Source of the DNA: Desulfatiglandales bacterium
GTDB lineage: Bacteria > Desulfobacterota > DSM-4660 > Desulfatiglandales > HGW-15
NCBI GenBank assembly: GCA_963667015.2
Contig: CAXXJJ010000004.1
Location: 384,001-448,000, forward strand
Direction of reading: 5' to 3'
DNA length: 64,000 bases
Shown in pieces: positions 29,950-38,829 of this stretch. Numbering within the stretch: the stretch's first letter is position 1; each line of letters begins with the position of its first letter. The notes beneath the pieces are model-generated. The model did not search any database. It was not told where the DNA came from and worked only from the letters and a program-made list of their open reading frames with translations. Made by a program: the position numbers and the translations under genes.

Positions 29950-31299
29950 TTAAGCGTTTACTCCTATATATTGAATAATTGTATCCGCCATGAAACCCAG
30001 CTTTATTTCACCCATCCCAGGATAAACTCCCACCCAGAGAGCATCTTCTGTGATTCTGTCAGTCTCTTTAAGTGTGCCGGAAATTCTATAGTCAACCCCT
30101 TCCTTAAGAGATTGAAAAAGAGGATGGCGAACTATGTTACCACTAAAAAGATTTCGCGTTTGTATCTTTTTGGACTCAAGGTGTTGGGCAAGTTCATTAC
30201 GGCTTGATTGTAAAGACTTATTAACTATCATTAAAAAACCGAACCAGCTTGGTTCTGCCCATTCATTACACTTTGGGAGTTTTATTAAATGCTTTACAGG
30301 CTGTAATTTATGGCTGAGGATATTGAAGTTATTCTGTCTTGCTTTAGTAAACTCGTTAATCTTATCAAGTTGGATAGTGCCAATTGCCGCCTGTAAATCA
30401 GTAGCTTTGAGATTATAGCCAAAATGGCTGTAAACATATTTATGATCATATCCAAAGGGGAGATCCCCGAATTGTTTTGTAAAACGGCTTCCGCAAGTGT
30501 TATCTTTCCCACTGGAACACCAGCAATCACGGCCCCAGTCTCTCATGCTTAGCATTATTTTTTTTAAAAGAGGGTTTGATGTATAGACAGCACCACCTTC
30601 CCCCATTGTTATATGATGGGGTGGATAAAAACTGCTGGTGCCAATATCTCCAAATGTGCCGGTCAACTGCCCGTCAACCCGTGAACCGAGTGCGTCACAA
30701 TTGTCTTCAATAAGCCAGAGGTTATTTTTTTCGCAAAATGCTTTTACCTTTTTTACGTCAAACGGATTGCCGAGTGTATGAGCAATCATAACAACTTTTG
30801 TTTTGGGAGAAAGTGCTTTGTCCAGTTTGGAAACATCAATGTTGCATGTGTCTGTTTCAATATCCACAAAAACCGGTACAGCTCCATATTGTACAATAGG
30901 TGAGATAGTGGTGGGGAATGCAGCTGCGACAGTAATAACTTCATCTTCCCGTTTTACCTGTCGGTCTTCAAGTAAATGTGATGTCAACGCCATAAATGCA
31001 AGGAGATTAGCCGATGATCCACTGTTTACAAGAAGCGCCCATTTTACGCCTAGGAATGAAGCCAGTTTTTGTTCAAATTGCTGAGAATGACGTCCGTGTG
31101 TAAGCCAGAATTCCAGGGCGCTGTCTACAAGGTTTACCATTTCGCCTTCATCAAAAACTCTACCAGCATAGTTTATTCGGCTCTCTTCAGGAATGAAGGC
31201 GTTTTCCTGCTCGGGTTTATGAACTAAATGGTAGTATTCTTTTACTTTACTGATAATTTCTTGTTTGATTTTTTCTGCTTCATTCATTTTTATATTCAA
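29950..31299 (-). CDS. rfbH: CDP-4-keto-6-deoxy-glucose 3-dehydratase (E1; DdhC/RfbH)
   Basis: NSGSSANL; SFYPPHHITMGEGG (His in place of the PLP Lys); RDCWC...NTC Fe-S cysteines; YDHKY. Confidence 0.93.
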   Translation of the reverse strand: MNIKMNEAEKIKQEIISKVKEYYHLVHKPEQENAFIPEESRINYAGRVFDEGEMVNLVDSALEFWLTHGRHSQQFEQKLASFLGVKWALLVNSGSSANLLAFMALTSHLLEDRQVKREDEVITVAAAFPTTISPIVQYGAVPVFVDIETDTCNIDVSKLDKALSPKTKVVMIAHTLGNPFDVKKVKAFCEKNNLWLIEDNCDALGSRVDGQLTGTFGDIGTSSFYPPHHITMGEGGAVYTSNPLLKKIMLSMRDWGRDCWCSSGKDNTCGSRFTKQFGDLPFGYDHKYVYSHFGYNLKATDLQAAIGTIQLDKINEFTKARQNNFNILSHKLQPVKHLIKLPKCNEWAEPSWFGFLMIVNKSLQSSRNELAQHLESKKIQTRNLFSGNIVRHPLFQSLKEGVDYRISGTLKETDRITEDALWVGVYPGMGEIKLGFMADTIIQYIGVNA

Positions 31300-31345
31300 A
31301 TTGTAATTAATTGTCTCTATTTGCTAGATAATCAAAATTGTAATC

Positions 31346-32467
31346 TCAGTTTGCCTGTATTCCCATCTTATCTTTTATCCTGGATTCATATAATTTTAAT
31401 TGATCAGATGAGATGATGTTATCATTAGTATAATACTCTTTATACCATTCTGTGGTGTATTGAATTGTTTCAGAACAATTCAATAGAGGCTTCCATTTTA
31501 AATGCTGCCGGGCCCTGGAACAGTCTAATTTTAGCATCCCAGCTTCATGCGGTTGATCAAATGTTTGTGCAATTTTATAATCCATTGCCGGCCAGACATC
31601 TTTTATCTTTTTAGTAATTTCTTCTACTGTTATGGTTTCTTCATCTGAAGGACCAAAATTCCAGGCCTGTGCGAATTGTTCTTCTCCTTCGATAAGTTTT
31701 TGACCAAGCATTAAATATCCGTGTAATGGTTCAAGCACGTGCTGCCAGGGGCGAATGGATTGTGGATTTCGAATATCGACTGTCTCTTCCTCATGGATAG
31801 CACGCATAATATCAGGAATAAGCCTATCAGTTGCCCAATCCCCGCCTCCTATAACATTTCCTGCACGGGCACTGGATAGAAGGGTTTGGTGAGTTTTGCC
31901 GTAATCTCTTGGATTAAAGAATGATTTTTGCCAGCAGCCGGTTATAATCTCCGCACAACCCTTTGAGGCACTATAGGGGTCGTAGCCTCCAAGCGCATCA
32001 ATTTCACGATAGCCCCATGTCCATTCCTTGTTCTCGTAGCACTTGTCGCTTGTAACATTAACAATTGCACGAACTGTTTCAATTTCTCTAGAGGCTTCAA
32101 AGACATTTATAGTTCCCGTTACGTTGCTTGAAAATGTTTCAACAGGATCTATATAGGAATGCCTTACAATAGCCTGGGCAGCCAGGTGAAATACTATGTC
32201 CGGTTTTTGTTCTTTGAAAATCTGTTTCAACTTGTCAGCATCACGAATATCTCCGATCTCGGATTTTATATCCATGTTTAGAAGTTGGAAGTGGTTAGGT
32301 TCTGTTGAGGGCTGAAGGGAGTAACCTGTGACTTTGGCACCCAGATGTAAAAGCCATAATGCCAGCCAAGAACCCTTGAAACCAGTGTGCCCGGTTATTA
32401 AAACTCTTTTATTATTATATATTCCTTTAAACGGATGCTGTTCGGTTACTATTCCCATATTTTCCAC
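31346..32467 (-). CDS. rfbG: CDP-glucose 4,6-dehydratase
   Basis: TGHTGFKGSWL, TSDKCY, ARAGNVIGGGDW and RPWQHVLEP motifs. Confidence 0.95.
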   Translation of the reverse strand: MENMGIVTEQHPFKGIYNNKRVLITGHTGFKGSWLALWLLHLGAKVTGYSLQPSTEPNHFQLLNMDIKSEIGDIRDADKLKQIFKEQKPDIVFHLAAQAIVRHSYIDPVETFSSNVTGTINVFEASREIETVRAIVNVTSDKCYENKEWTWGYREIDALGGYDPYSASKGCAEIITGCWQKSFFNPRDYGKTHQTLLSSARAGNVIGGGDWATDRLIPDIMRAIHEEETVDIRNPQSIRPWQHVLEPLHGYLMLGQKLIEGEEQFAQAWNFGPSDEETITVEEITKKIKDVWPAMDYKIAQTFDQPHEAGMLKLDCSRARQHLKWKPLLNCSETIQYTTEWYKEYYTNDNIISSDQLKLYESRIKDKMGIQAN

Positions 32468-33228
32468 TTTGCCTCACCGGATCTCCAGAGTTGTTCTAGG
32501 ACACCTTTATCTCTCAATGCATCCATACATTTCCAGAAACCTTTATGTTTATAAGCAGACAGCTGTTTGTCGCGGGTCAGTTTTTCAAGAGGATCGTCTT
32601 CCCACATAATCTGGTCTGCATTTTCAGGTAGGTAATTAAATATTTCAGGTTTTAATACAAAAAAACCTCCATTAATCCATCCACCATCTCCAACTAATTT
32701 TTCATTAAAACCTGCAACATGTTCGTCAGATTCTATATCGAGCAAACCAAATCTACCTTCCGGTTGTACTGCTGTAACAGTACCGATCTTTTCATGTTCA
32801 TGATGATGAGCTATCAGTTTTTTCAGGTCGATATCAGCTACTCCATCGCCATATGTTAAAAGAAATTCCTCATTGCCGATGTAATGCTGAATACGTTTTA
32901 GACGACCAGCTGTACCAGTTCTTAAACCTGTATCAACAAGTGTAACACGGAATTTTTCGGTATTTGATCTATGAACTTCAAAACTGTTAGTCTGAAGATT
33001 AATAGTAACATCTGAATTATATACATAATAGTTTAAGAAATATTCTTTTACGATATAGCTTTTATATCCAAGACAGATTATGAAATCATTGAATCCCTGA
33101 GCCTCGAATATTTTCATGATATGCCAGAGGATTGGTTTTTCGCCGATCTCTATCATTGGTTTAGGTTTTAAATGGGATTCTTCAGAGATACGTGTGCCCA
33201 ACCCCCCTGCGAATATAACTGTTTTCAT
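32449..33228 (-). CDS. rfbF: Glucose-1-phosphate cytidylyltransferase
   Basis: AGGLGTRISEESHLKPKPM, LTYGDG and GFWKCMD motifs. Confidence 0.95.
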   Translation of the reverse strand: MKTVIFAGGLGTRISEESHLKPKPMIEIGEKPILWHIMKIFEAQGFNDFIICLGYKSYIVKEYFLNYYVYNSDVTINLQTNSFEVHRSNTEKFRVTLVDTGLRTGTAGRLKRIQHYIGNEEFLLTYGDGVADIDLKKLIAHHHEHEKIGTVTAVQPEGRFGLLDIESDEHVAGFNEKLVGDGGWINGGFFVLKPEIFNYLPENADQIMWEDDPLEKLTRDKQLSAYKHKGFWKCMDALRDKGVLEQLWRSGEAKWKIWE

Positions 33229-33301
33229 AGCCGTACTCCTCTAATATTTTACTTACCTGAAATATATATTGGAATTAGTTCCTGTTTTTATTTCAGCTTA
33301 T

Positions 33302-33652
33302 TTATTTTATTTTTAAAAATTTTCTAACTTCCAATTTGACTATCTCAGCAATCTTTTCAGTGAGAATATCTATAGCCGTTTCATCATCTACTAGCTTTCC
33401 ATTATTATGACCTTTGTAAAAGTATTCTTTTATTTCTGGAATACTTTTTCCGGAATCTCTTAATTCTTTTATCCTTTCAAGAACTGTTATGTGTGCCGTC
33501 GTATATCTTCGTTGTCCACCTGGAGTTCTTAAAGGCACAACTATTCCATCCATTTCCTTTTCCCAGAAACGAAGAGTCGGTTTTGGGATGCTTAGCCTTT
33601 CGCTCAGTTGCTGGATGGTAAATTGAGTTGAATCCAAATATGTTTTATTCAT
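33302..33652 (-). CDS. Small MerR-family (BldC-like) HTH protein
   Basis: TLRFWE...RTPGGQRRY winged HTH; no effector domain. Confidence 0.85.
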   Translation of the reverse strand: MNKTYLDSTQFTIQQLSERLSIPKPTLRFWEKEMDGIVVPLRTPGGQRRYTTAHITVLERIKELRDSGKSIPEIKEYFYKGHNNGKLVDDETAIDILTEKIAEIVKLEVRKFLKIK

Positions 33653-33857
33653 AGTCTCATCAATATTTCGAAATGTTTCGGGAAGTGAAGTATTAGAGCG
33701 GGCTCCGCCCCTTTAAGTTACATTTCCATTTGAAAAACGCCACTAGTGAATGCTTTCAAGCTGAAATCCTTTTTCTGGAGATATGCTGTGCAATTCTAAT
33801 TTCTCAGAATATAAACTAAAGTTGAATTAACTTCAGCTTTAACTTTTACTTGAATTA

Positions 33858-33873
33858 TGCAATATGGGTGCCA
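33858..33873 (-). promoter_or_regulatory. sigma54 promoter of the merR-rfbFGH operon
   Basis: TGGCACCCATATTGCA, near consensus. Confidence 0.8.
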
Positions 33874-34221
33874 TTATGCTGTATAATGGATAAGTGTATA
33901 TATATCAGTATGATAAGTTATTTTGAAGATTTTATTTAAATGATAAAAGTCATGAGTATGACACTTAAAGTTGAAAATTTTTCCTATTTGCTGATGGTGT
34001 GCCAGTTATATTTGACATTGCAGGAGCATTATTTCGAATCAAAAGGCAAAAAGAAATCTTTAGACAGTATTTACAGTATGCATAGGATAGATAATATTTT
34101 TTGCCTATCCATATAGAGTTAGAAAGATTTTAAAGGAAAAATCAGATTGAAAAAATATTACCGAAAAAAGCTCAAGGCCAAATTAGGTAAAAATATCGAG
34201 CGGTTTGATAAAATCTCCACT

Positions 34222-35718
34222 TCAGGATTTTATTTTCCCAACCGCTACAAGGTAGAGGAGACGGGAGTCTTTATCAAGGCCGATCAAATCCATGGCTTCA
34301 TCGTCATAAAAGGCCCCTATACCACAACAACCGAGACCAAGTGACGTTGCAGTAATATAGAGAAGTTGGCCAATTCTGCCGGCATTCATCATTGCATGCC
34401 TGTAGCCCCTTGGGCCATATTTTTTATCGAGATCGTTAAGATCACAAATAAGCAGGAAGTGCAGTCCCGCGTTTTTGAGCCATTCCTGATTAAGGCAGGT
34501 ATTAGCTATTTTTTCATTGAAAATTCCTGATTTAAGTATTCCAAATTTTCTACCATGTTTATCCAGAGAATATAAACCCGGGAAAATATCCTTTACTTTT
34601 TCGGCAAAAAACATTGTCTGAAGCAGGTTTAATTCATCTTCTTTGTTAATATCTGTTTCGGAACAATTTGTTATAACGTTTAGGATATGCATGAAATCTT
34701 CGCTTGCTATCTTCTTGTTAATAAAATTACGTTTTGATCTTCTCTTGAGCAGACATTCAGGATATGGGATACCTGTTTGTAAATTGTCTATATTTTTTAT
34801 CAGTTCCCATTTATCAGGCTGAAGCGGAGAAAGGGAAGGGGGGATTTCTGATAATTTTCTATCGAAAGGCATATTGCCAGCCTCATGAATCTCTCTTATG
34901 GCCGGATAGTCAATAACTTTTTGGGACATAATGCTCGCATTTGTTATCTCTACAGAAAGGGTGTCGACCGACAGATCAGCTCCATCAGGCATGTTTTCCT
35001 TGCCAGGGATATTAACCATGGCAAGACCTGCTTCATGAAAATCATCAAGCCCGAGAAATTTATTCAATTTATTGTCTTCAAAATCATAATTAAGTTCAAA
35101 TAATATACTTAAACTATTTAATGCAAGTATTAGATTTTCCAATACATGACCTGTATCCAGTAGGTGGTATCTGTATGCCCTGTCACGGTATTTCCATGAA
35201 CTCCTGAAGAATATGGATGAAAACATAAATGATATAAGCGGTCTTTTTATCGATTTGGGAAAGATTATATCTCCTGCAAGTATTGAATAATCACCTTTCC
35301 TTAGTCTTGTGAGGGAATGATTTATGATATTAAAGTGGTATAATCCGTCACCCAGATCGTCTAAGCCCCTGATCATCAAATAGATCTCCACCGGATAAAG
35401 GGCGCCTGCAGAAGCAGCGCTCCTGTAATAAAAAAATCCATTTGAATGCCTTGCTCTGGCTATAATGGAATAGGTCAGGTTTAGAATTGTGGAGATATCG
35501 TTAATATCCAATTTAAAATCAGATTCTGCCCCCTTTTTGCCAGTAATCGCTTTAAGTGGAACAGGTGAAGGCATCCTGGTTACTGGAAGAGGTACATTCT
35601 CAAGACCTTCATACGTCTTGAAAAGTAAAGGCTGATTCTGCCAGTCAAGTTGATGGTCTCCAAGGCTGTTCCGCTTATAACTCGTGATATCATGGTAATC
35701 TTTCGAACATTTTATCAT
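34222..35718 (-). CDS. SagB/ThcOx-family tandem nitroreductase-fold dehydrogenase
   Basis: RSAASAGALYP, WKYRDRAYRY..LDTGH, second domain RRSKRNF...GCCGIGAF. Confidence 0.85.
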   Translation of the reverse strand: MIKCSKDYHDITSYKRNSLGDHQLDWQNQPLLFKTYEGLENVPLPVTRMPSPVPLKAITGKKGAESDFKLDINDISTILNLTYSIIARARHSNGFFYYRSAASAGALYPVEIYLMIRGLDDLGDGLYHFNIINHSLTRLRKGDYSILAGDIIFPKSIKRPLISFMFSSIFFRSSWKYRDRAYRYHLLDTGHVLENLILALNSLSILFELNYDFEDNKLNKFLGLDDFHEAGLAMVNIPGKENMPDGADLSVDTLSVEITNASIMSQKVIDYPAIREIHEAGNMPFDRKLSEIPPSLSPLQPDKWELIKNIDNLQTGIPYPECLLKRRSKRNFINKKIASEDFMHILNVITNCSETDINKEDELNLLQTMFFAEKVKDIFPGLYSLDKHGRKFGILKSGIFNEKIANTCLNQEWLKNAGLHFLLICDLNDLDKKYGPRGYRHAMMNAGRIGQLLYITATSLGLGCCGIGAFYDDEAMDLIGLDKDSRLLYLVAVGKIKS

Positions 35719-35838
35719 CAGCTTTTCCTTTCAGTTAATGTAACTGACCTATCAAGAGACCCAGCACCTTTTACATTGTACATATTTTACAATAATAACA
35801 GACCTTATTAAAGGTCCATTATTTATGTATTTTACTGC

Positions 35839-35892
35839 TTGACTTACAGTTATATTTACAGTAATATGACTTTACTGTAAGTTTGACTGTAA
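35839..35892 (+). promoter_or_regulatory. sigma70 promoter of lexA overlapped by a four-unit palindromic operator
   Basis: TTGACT-N17-TAATAT; TTACAGT at 35844 and 35856; ACTGTAA at 35874 and 35886. Confidence 0.75.
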
Positions 35893-35929
35893 TAATTTCT
35901 GGCGAATTAATAAAAGCGGGAGTGAAAGT

Positions 35930-36532
35930 ATGAAACTGACAGAGAAACAGAAGGATTTTCTTACATATCTCTCTGAATATATTGATGAATGGGGGCAGTC
36001 TCCCAGTTTTGATGAGATATGTGTCCGCTTCGGATTCAGTTCCTACAATACGGTTACAACCTATCTGAAGCTGCTGGAAAAAAAGGGTTATATACGCCTT
36101 CCTGATAAGAATAAAAAGCGGTCCATTGAGGTTTTAAGTCCAGTTGAAAAAAGTCGCTTTGAATTTCCACTCCTTGGCAAGGTTGCCGGCGGAAAACCCA
36201 TAGAGGCCATTGAAAACTATGATGTCATAGAGGTGCCGCCTTCCATGATCGGCAGCGGTGATCATTTTGTCCTGGAGGTAAGCGGGTTTTCCATGAAGGA
36301 AGAGGGAATAATGGATGGCGATTTTGTAGTGGTAAGAAAGCAGTCATGGGCAGAGACCGGTGAAACAGTGGTTGCCCTTATAGGTAACGAGGCAACCGTA
36401 AAAAAATACTACAAAACAGGCAAACATGTGGAATTGAGGCCTGCCCATGAAGGAATGGAGTCAATATATGTGGAAAAGGGGGATCTGCGTATTGAGGGTA
36501 AGGTTGTTGGGGTGTTGAGGTTTTATAAATGA
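35930..36532 (+). CDS. lexA: SOS repressor LexA
   Basis: N-terminal wHTH (LTEKQ..SPSFDEI..LEKKGYI), VAGG Ala-Gly cleavage site, GFSM catalytic Ser, ATVK catalytic Lys. Confidence 0.95.
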   Translation: MKLTEKQKDFLTYLSEYIDEWGQSPSFDEICVRFGFSSYNTVTTYLKLLEKKGYIRLPDKNKKRSIEVLSPVEKSRFEFPLLGKVAGGKPIEAIENYDVIEVPPSMIGSGDHFVLEVSGFSMKEEGIMDGDFVVVRKQSWAETGETVVALIGNEATVKKYYKTGKHVELRPAHEGMESIYVEKGDLRIEGKVVGVLRFYK

Positions 36533-36533
36533 T

Positions 36534-37030
36534 AGGCTAAAGGCGCAGGGCGCATGGCTCAAGGTTTTAAAAACAAAGGCATAAAACCTTAAAGAGGAAA
36601 ATAATGGGTAATTTTGAAAAACTTAATGTTTGGCAGAGGGCTAAAGATTTGGCAGTGTTTGTTTATAAAGCCAGTAACCATGGGGAACTCGCCAGGGATT
36701 ATGGGTTGCGGGATCAGATAAGGCGCTCCGCTGTATCTGTACCCAGTAATATTGCAGAGGGTGATGAGCTTGATACGGATCGTCAATCCATAAAGTATTT
36801 TCATATAGCAAAAGGTTCTTCTGCTGAGCTTCTCACTCAGGCAATTATTGCCCATGAGATAGGAGTTATAGATGAAAAGGATTTTACTCATATCAACACT
36901 GAATGCCGTTCCATTTCAAGTATGCTTGCAAAACTGATTAAAGCCAGAACAGAGAATAAAAATGTTTAGCTTCCTTAAGCTAATCGTTTTTTCCTTACGC
37001 CTTGCGCCCTGCGCCCTGCGCCCTGCGCCG
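36534..37030 (+). mobile_element. Putative intervening cassette: four-helix-bundle gene bounded by inverted 7-bp repeat arrays
   Basis: Left arm AGGCTAA AGGCGCA GGGCGCA TGGCTCA AGG; right arm TACGCCT (TGCGCCC)3 TGCGCCG. Mobility is inferred. Confidence 0.5.
36604..36969 (+). CDS. Four-helix-bundle protein (23S rRNA IVP / TIGR02436-like, Avd-like fold)
   Basis: FEKLNVWQRA, LRDQIRRSAVSVPSNIAEG and IAKGSSAEL.TQ motifs. Confidence 0.92.
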   Translation: MGNFEKLNVWQRAKDLAVFVYKASNHGELARDYGLRDQIRRSAVSVPSNIAEGDELDTDRQSIKYFHIAKGSSAELLTQAIIAHEIGVIDEKDFTHINTECRSISSMLAKLIKARTENKNV

Positions 37031-37080
37031 TTATAAACTCCTCCGATAATATTTTTTTCCATGTATTTGGAGTTTATCCC

Positions 37081-38244
37081 ATGTTCCGCCACATCATTCA
37101 CCTCCACGTCCCCACCTTCCCCATAACTTTGGAGAGGCTCAATCATCCTGAGTTAAGGGAGAGGCCTGTTGTGATAGCTCTGCCTCAATCTGACAGGGCC
37201 TTGATCCTTGCCGCATCATCAGAGGCCAGGAGGGAGGGGATATTTAAGGGTATGGTTATAGGAAAGGCCTTAAGATTTTGCCCTGAACTGACCGTTTTAT
37301 CTCCCAATCCCGGTCTGGTGGAAAAGGGTTCCAGGCTTCTTGCCAGGGCGGCGGCTGAATATACGCCCGTATGGGAGCCTTCGAAACCGGGGCATGTATA
37401 TCTTGATGTTACCGGTACTCGTCGTCTGTGGGGCAGGGCAAAGGATGCTGCATGGCGTATAAGCCGTGAAATAAATACCCGCCTGTCTCTTTCGGGAGCA
37501 GTGGGTGTGGCAGGCAACAAGATGGTGTCAAGCATTGCTTCGAGACTCCTGCCTTCAGGAGAAATAATGGATGTTGATCACGGTAGGGAATCATCATTCA
37601 TGGCACCCCTGGATGTTGATTATCTTCCGGGTGTAGGCCATATCCGCAAACGGGTCCTTCTGGAAGAACTTAATATCACCCTTGTCAGAGAAGTCGCTGA
37701 GATGGATACCAGTAATTTACGGCTGGTGTTTAAAAAACAGGCACTTATCATCCACCAGAGAGCAATCGGGATTGACCCGACCCCTGTTATTCCTCCTTCA
37801 TCAAGGCCTGAAGTGAGCGAGTCTGTAACCCTTGCCGGGGATATTAATGATGATCAGAGGCTCCTGAGCGAACTCCACAGTCTTGTTGAGAAATGCGCTC
37901 AAAGGCTCAGGAAGAGGGGAATATGTCCCGGAAAGGCGGGTCTTGTAATAAGATATTCCGATCAGATGGAGAATACACGAAGTGTTCCGCTTGCTTGCCG
38001 GAGTTACTGGGAGAGCGAGCTCTACCCTGTTATTGAAAATCTCTTTTTTAAGGCCTGTGACCGGCGATGCGGAGTAAAGTTCATGCGTGTCAGGTTCACT
38101 GATCTTGGAAAAACATCCGGTCAGATTTCATTATTTGCAAGGCCAGCCCCTGAAATTGTTAAAAAAAACAGGGTTTCTATTGCAATGGATCTCATCAGGA
38201 AGAAGTGTGGGGATAGTGTTATAAACTACGGAAAGGCTTTGTAA
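37081..38244 (+). CDS. imuB: Y-family polymerase homologue, catalytically degenerate (ImuB-like)
   Basis: PELRERPVVI, ASSEARREGI, VYLDVTG and LPGVG motifs; catalytic acidic residues replaced; C-terminal QISLF clamp motif; lies between lexA and dnaE2. Confidence 0.8.
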   Translation: MFRHIIHLHVPTFPITLERLNHPELRERPVVIALPQSDRALILAASSEARREGIFKGMVIGKALRFCPELTVLSPNPGLVEKGSRLLARAAAEYTPVWEPSKPGHVYLDVTGTRRLWGRAKDAAWRISREINTRLSLSGAVGVAGNKMVSSIASRLLPSGEIMDVDHGRESSFMAPLDVDYLPGVGHIRKRVLLEELNITLVREVAEMDTSNLRLVFKKQALIIHQRAIGIDPTPVIPPSSRPEVSESVTLAGDINDDQRLLSELHSLVEKCAQRLRKRGICPGKAGLVIRYSDQMENTRSVPLACRSYWESELYPVIENLFFKACDRRCGVKFMRVRFTDLGKTSGQISLFARPAPEIVKKNRVSIAMDLIRKKCGDSVINYGKAL

Positions 38245-38248
38245 TTTA

Positions 38249-38829
38249 ACCACAGAGACACGGAGGACACAGAGGGTGACTGTGCTTTAATCCAACAGGG
38301 AGATACCTGTTGAATTAAATGAATTGTCCCTTTGTGAAAGATACAAATTCTAAAGGTTTAAGGTAAGGGGTTATTATATGGGCATAAATAATCTTACAGG
38401 TCAAATAATCGGTGCCGCTATTGAGGTTCATAGAGAATTAGGGCCAGGGCTTTTGGAGTCTATCTATGAAGAGTGTCTTTGTTATGAATTCAGTTTAAGG
38501 AATATTCAGCATATTAGACAGCAATCCATTCCTGTAAACTATAAAGGCGCTAAACTGAATTGTGAATACAGGATAGATATCTTAGTGGAAGATACTGTAA
38601 TTCTTGAATTGAAATCTGTTAACGATTTGCAGCCGATCTATGAGGCACAGCTATTAACCTATTTAAAGCTAACAAGTCTCAAAGTGGGGCTATTAATAAA
38701 TTTTAATGTGCCGGTTTTGAAACAGGGAATCAAAAGATTGATGCTTTAGTTTTAAATTGTAAATGTCCTTTTAGCCTATCGGCATCTCCCGATATGCTAA
38801 AAGCTCTGTGACCTCTGTGTCTCTGTGGT
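38249..38829 (+). mobile_element. Putative intervening cassette: GxxExxY gene bounded by 26-bp inverted repeats and inner hairpins
   Basis: ACCACAGAGACACGGAGGACACAGAG (38249-38274) versus CTCTGTGACCTCTGTGTCTCTGTGGT (38804-38829), 24/26 complementary. Mobility is inferred. Confidence 0.55.
38378..38749 (+). CDS. GxxExxY protein (PD-(D/E)XK nuclease-fold family)
   Basis: [35 protein letters not shown] and GLLINF motifs. Confidence 0.93.
   Translation: MGINNLTGQIIGAAIEVHRELGPGLLESIYEECLCYEFSLRNIQHIRQQSIPVNYKGAKLNCEYRIDILVEDTVILELKSVNDLQPIYEAQLLTYLKLTSLKVGLLINFNVPVLKQGIKRLML

Noticed and set aside
20307..30565. Phase-variable homopolymers (T8-T9 runs in neuB, the FrhB-like gene and rfbH)
   Set aside because: They encode Lys-rich codons in intact frames and are expected in AT-rich DNA; no long G/C tracts
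34222..35718. RiPP (azole-peptide) cluster around the SagB-like gene
   Set aside because: No YcaO, precursor peptide or transporter nearby
35771..35781. TTAC-N3-GTAC as the LexA box
   Set aside because: Single imperfect copy about 60 bp upstream of the -35; the four-unit site overlapping the promoter is a much stronger candidate
36604..36969. Diversity-generating retroelement suggested by the Avd-like fold
   Set aside because: No reverse transcriptase and no TR/VR repeat pair with adenine-specific mismatches were seen in the window
36996..37030. CRISPR array or plain microsatellite
   Set aside because: The 7-bp units have no spacers and there are no cas genes; better explained as one arm of an inverted pair
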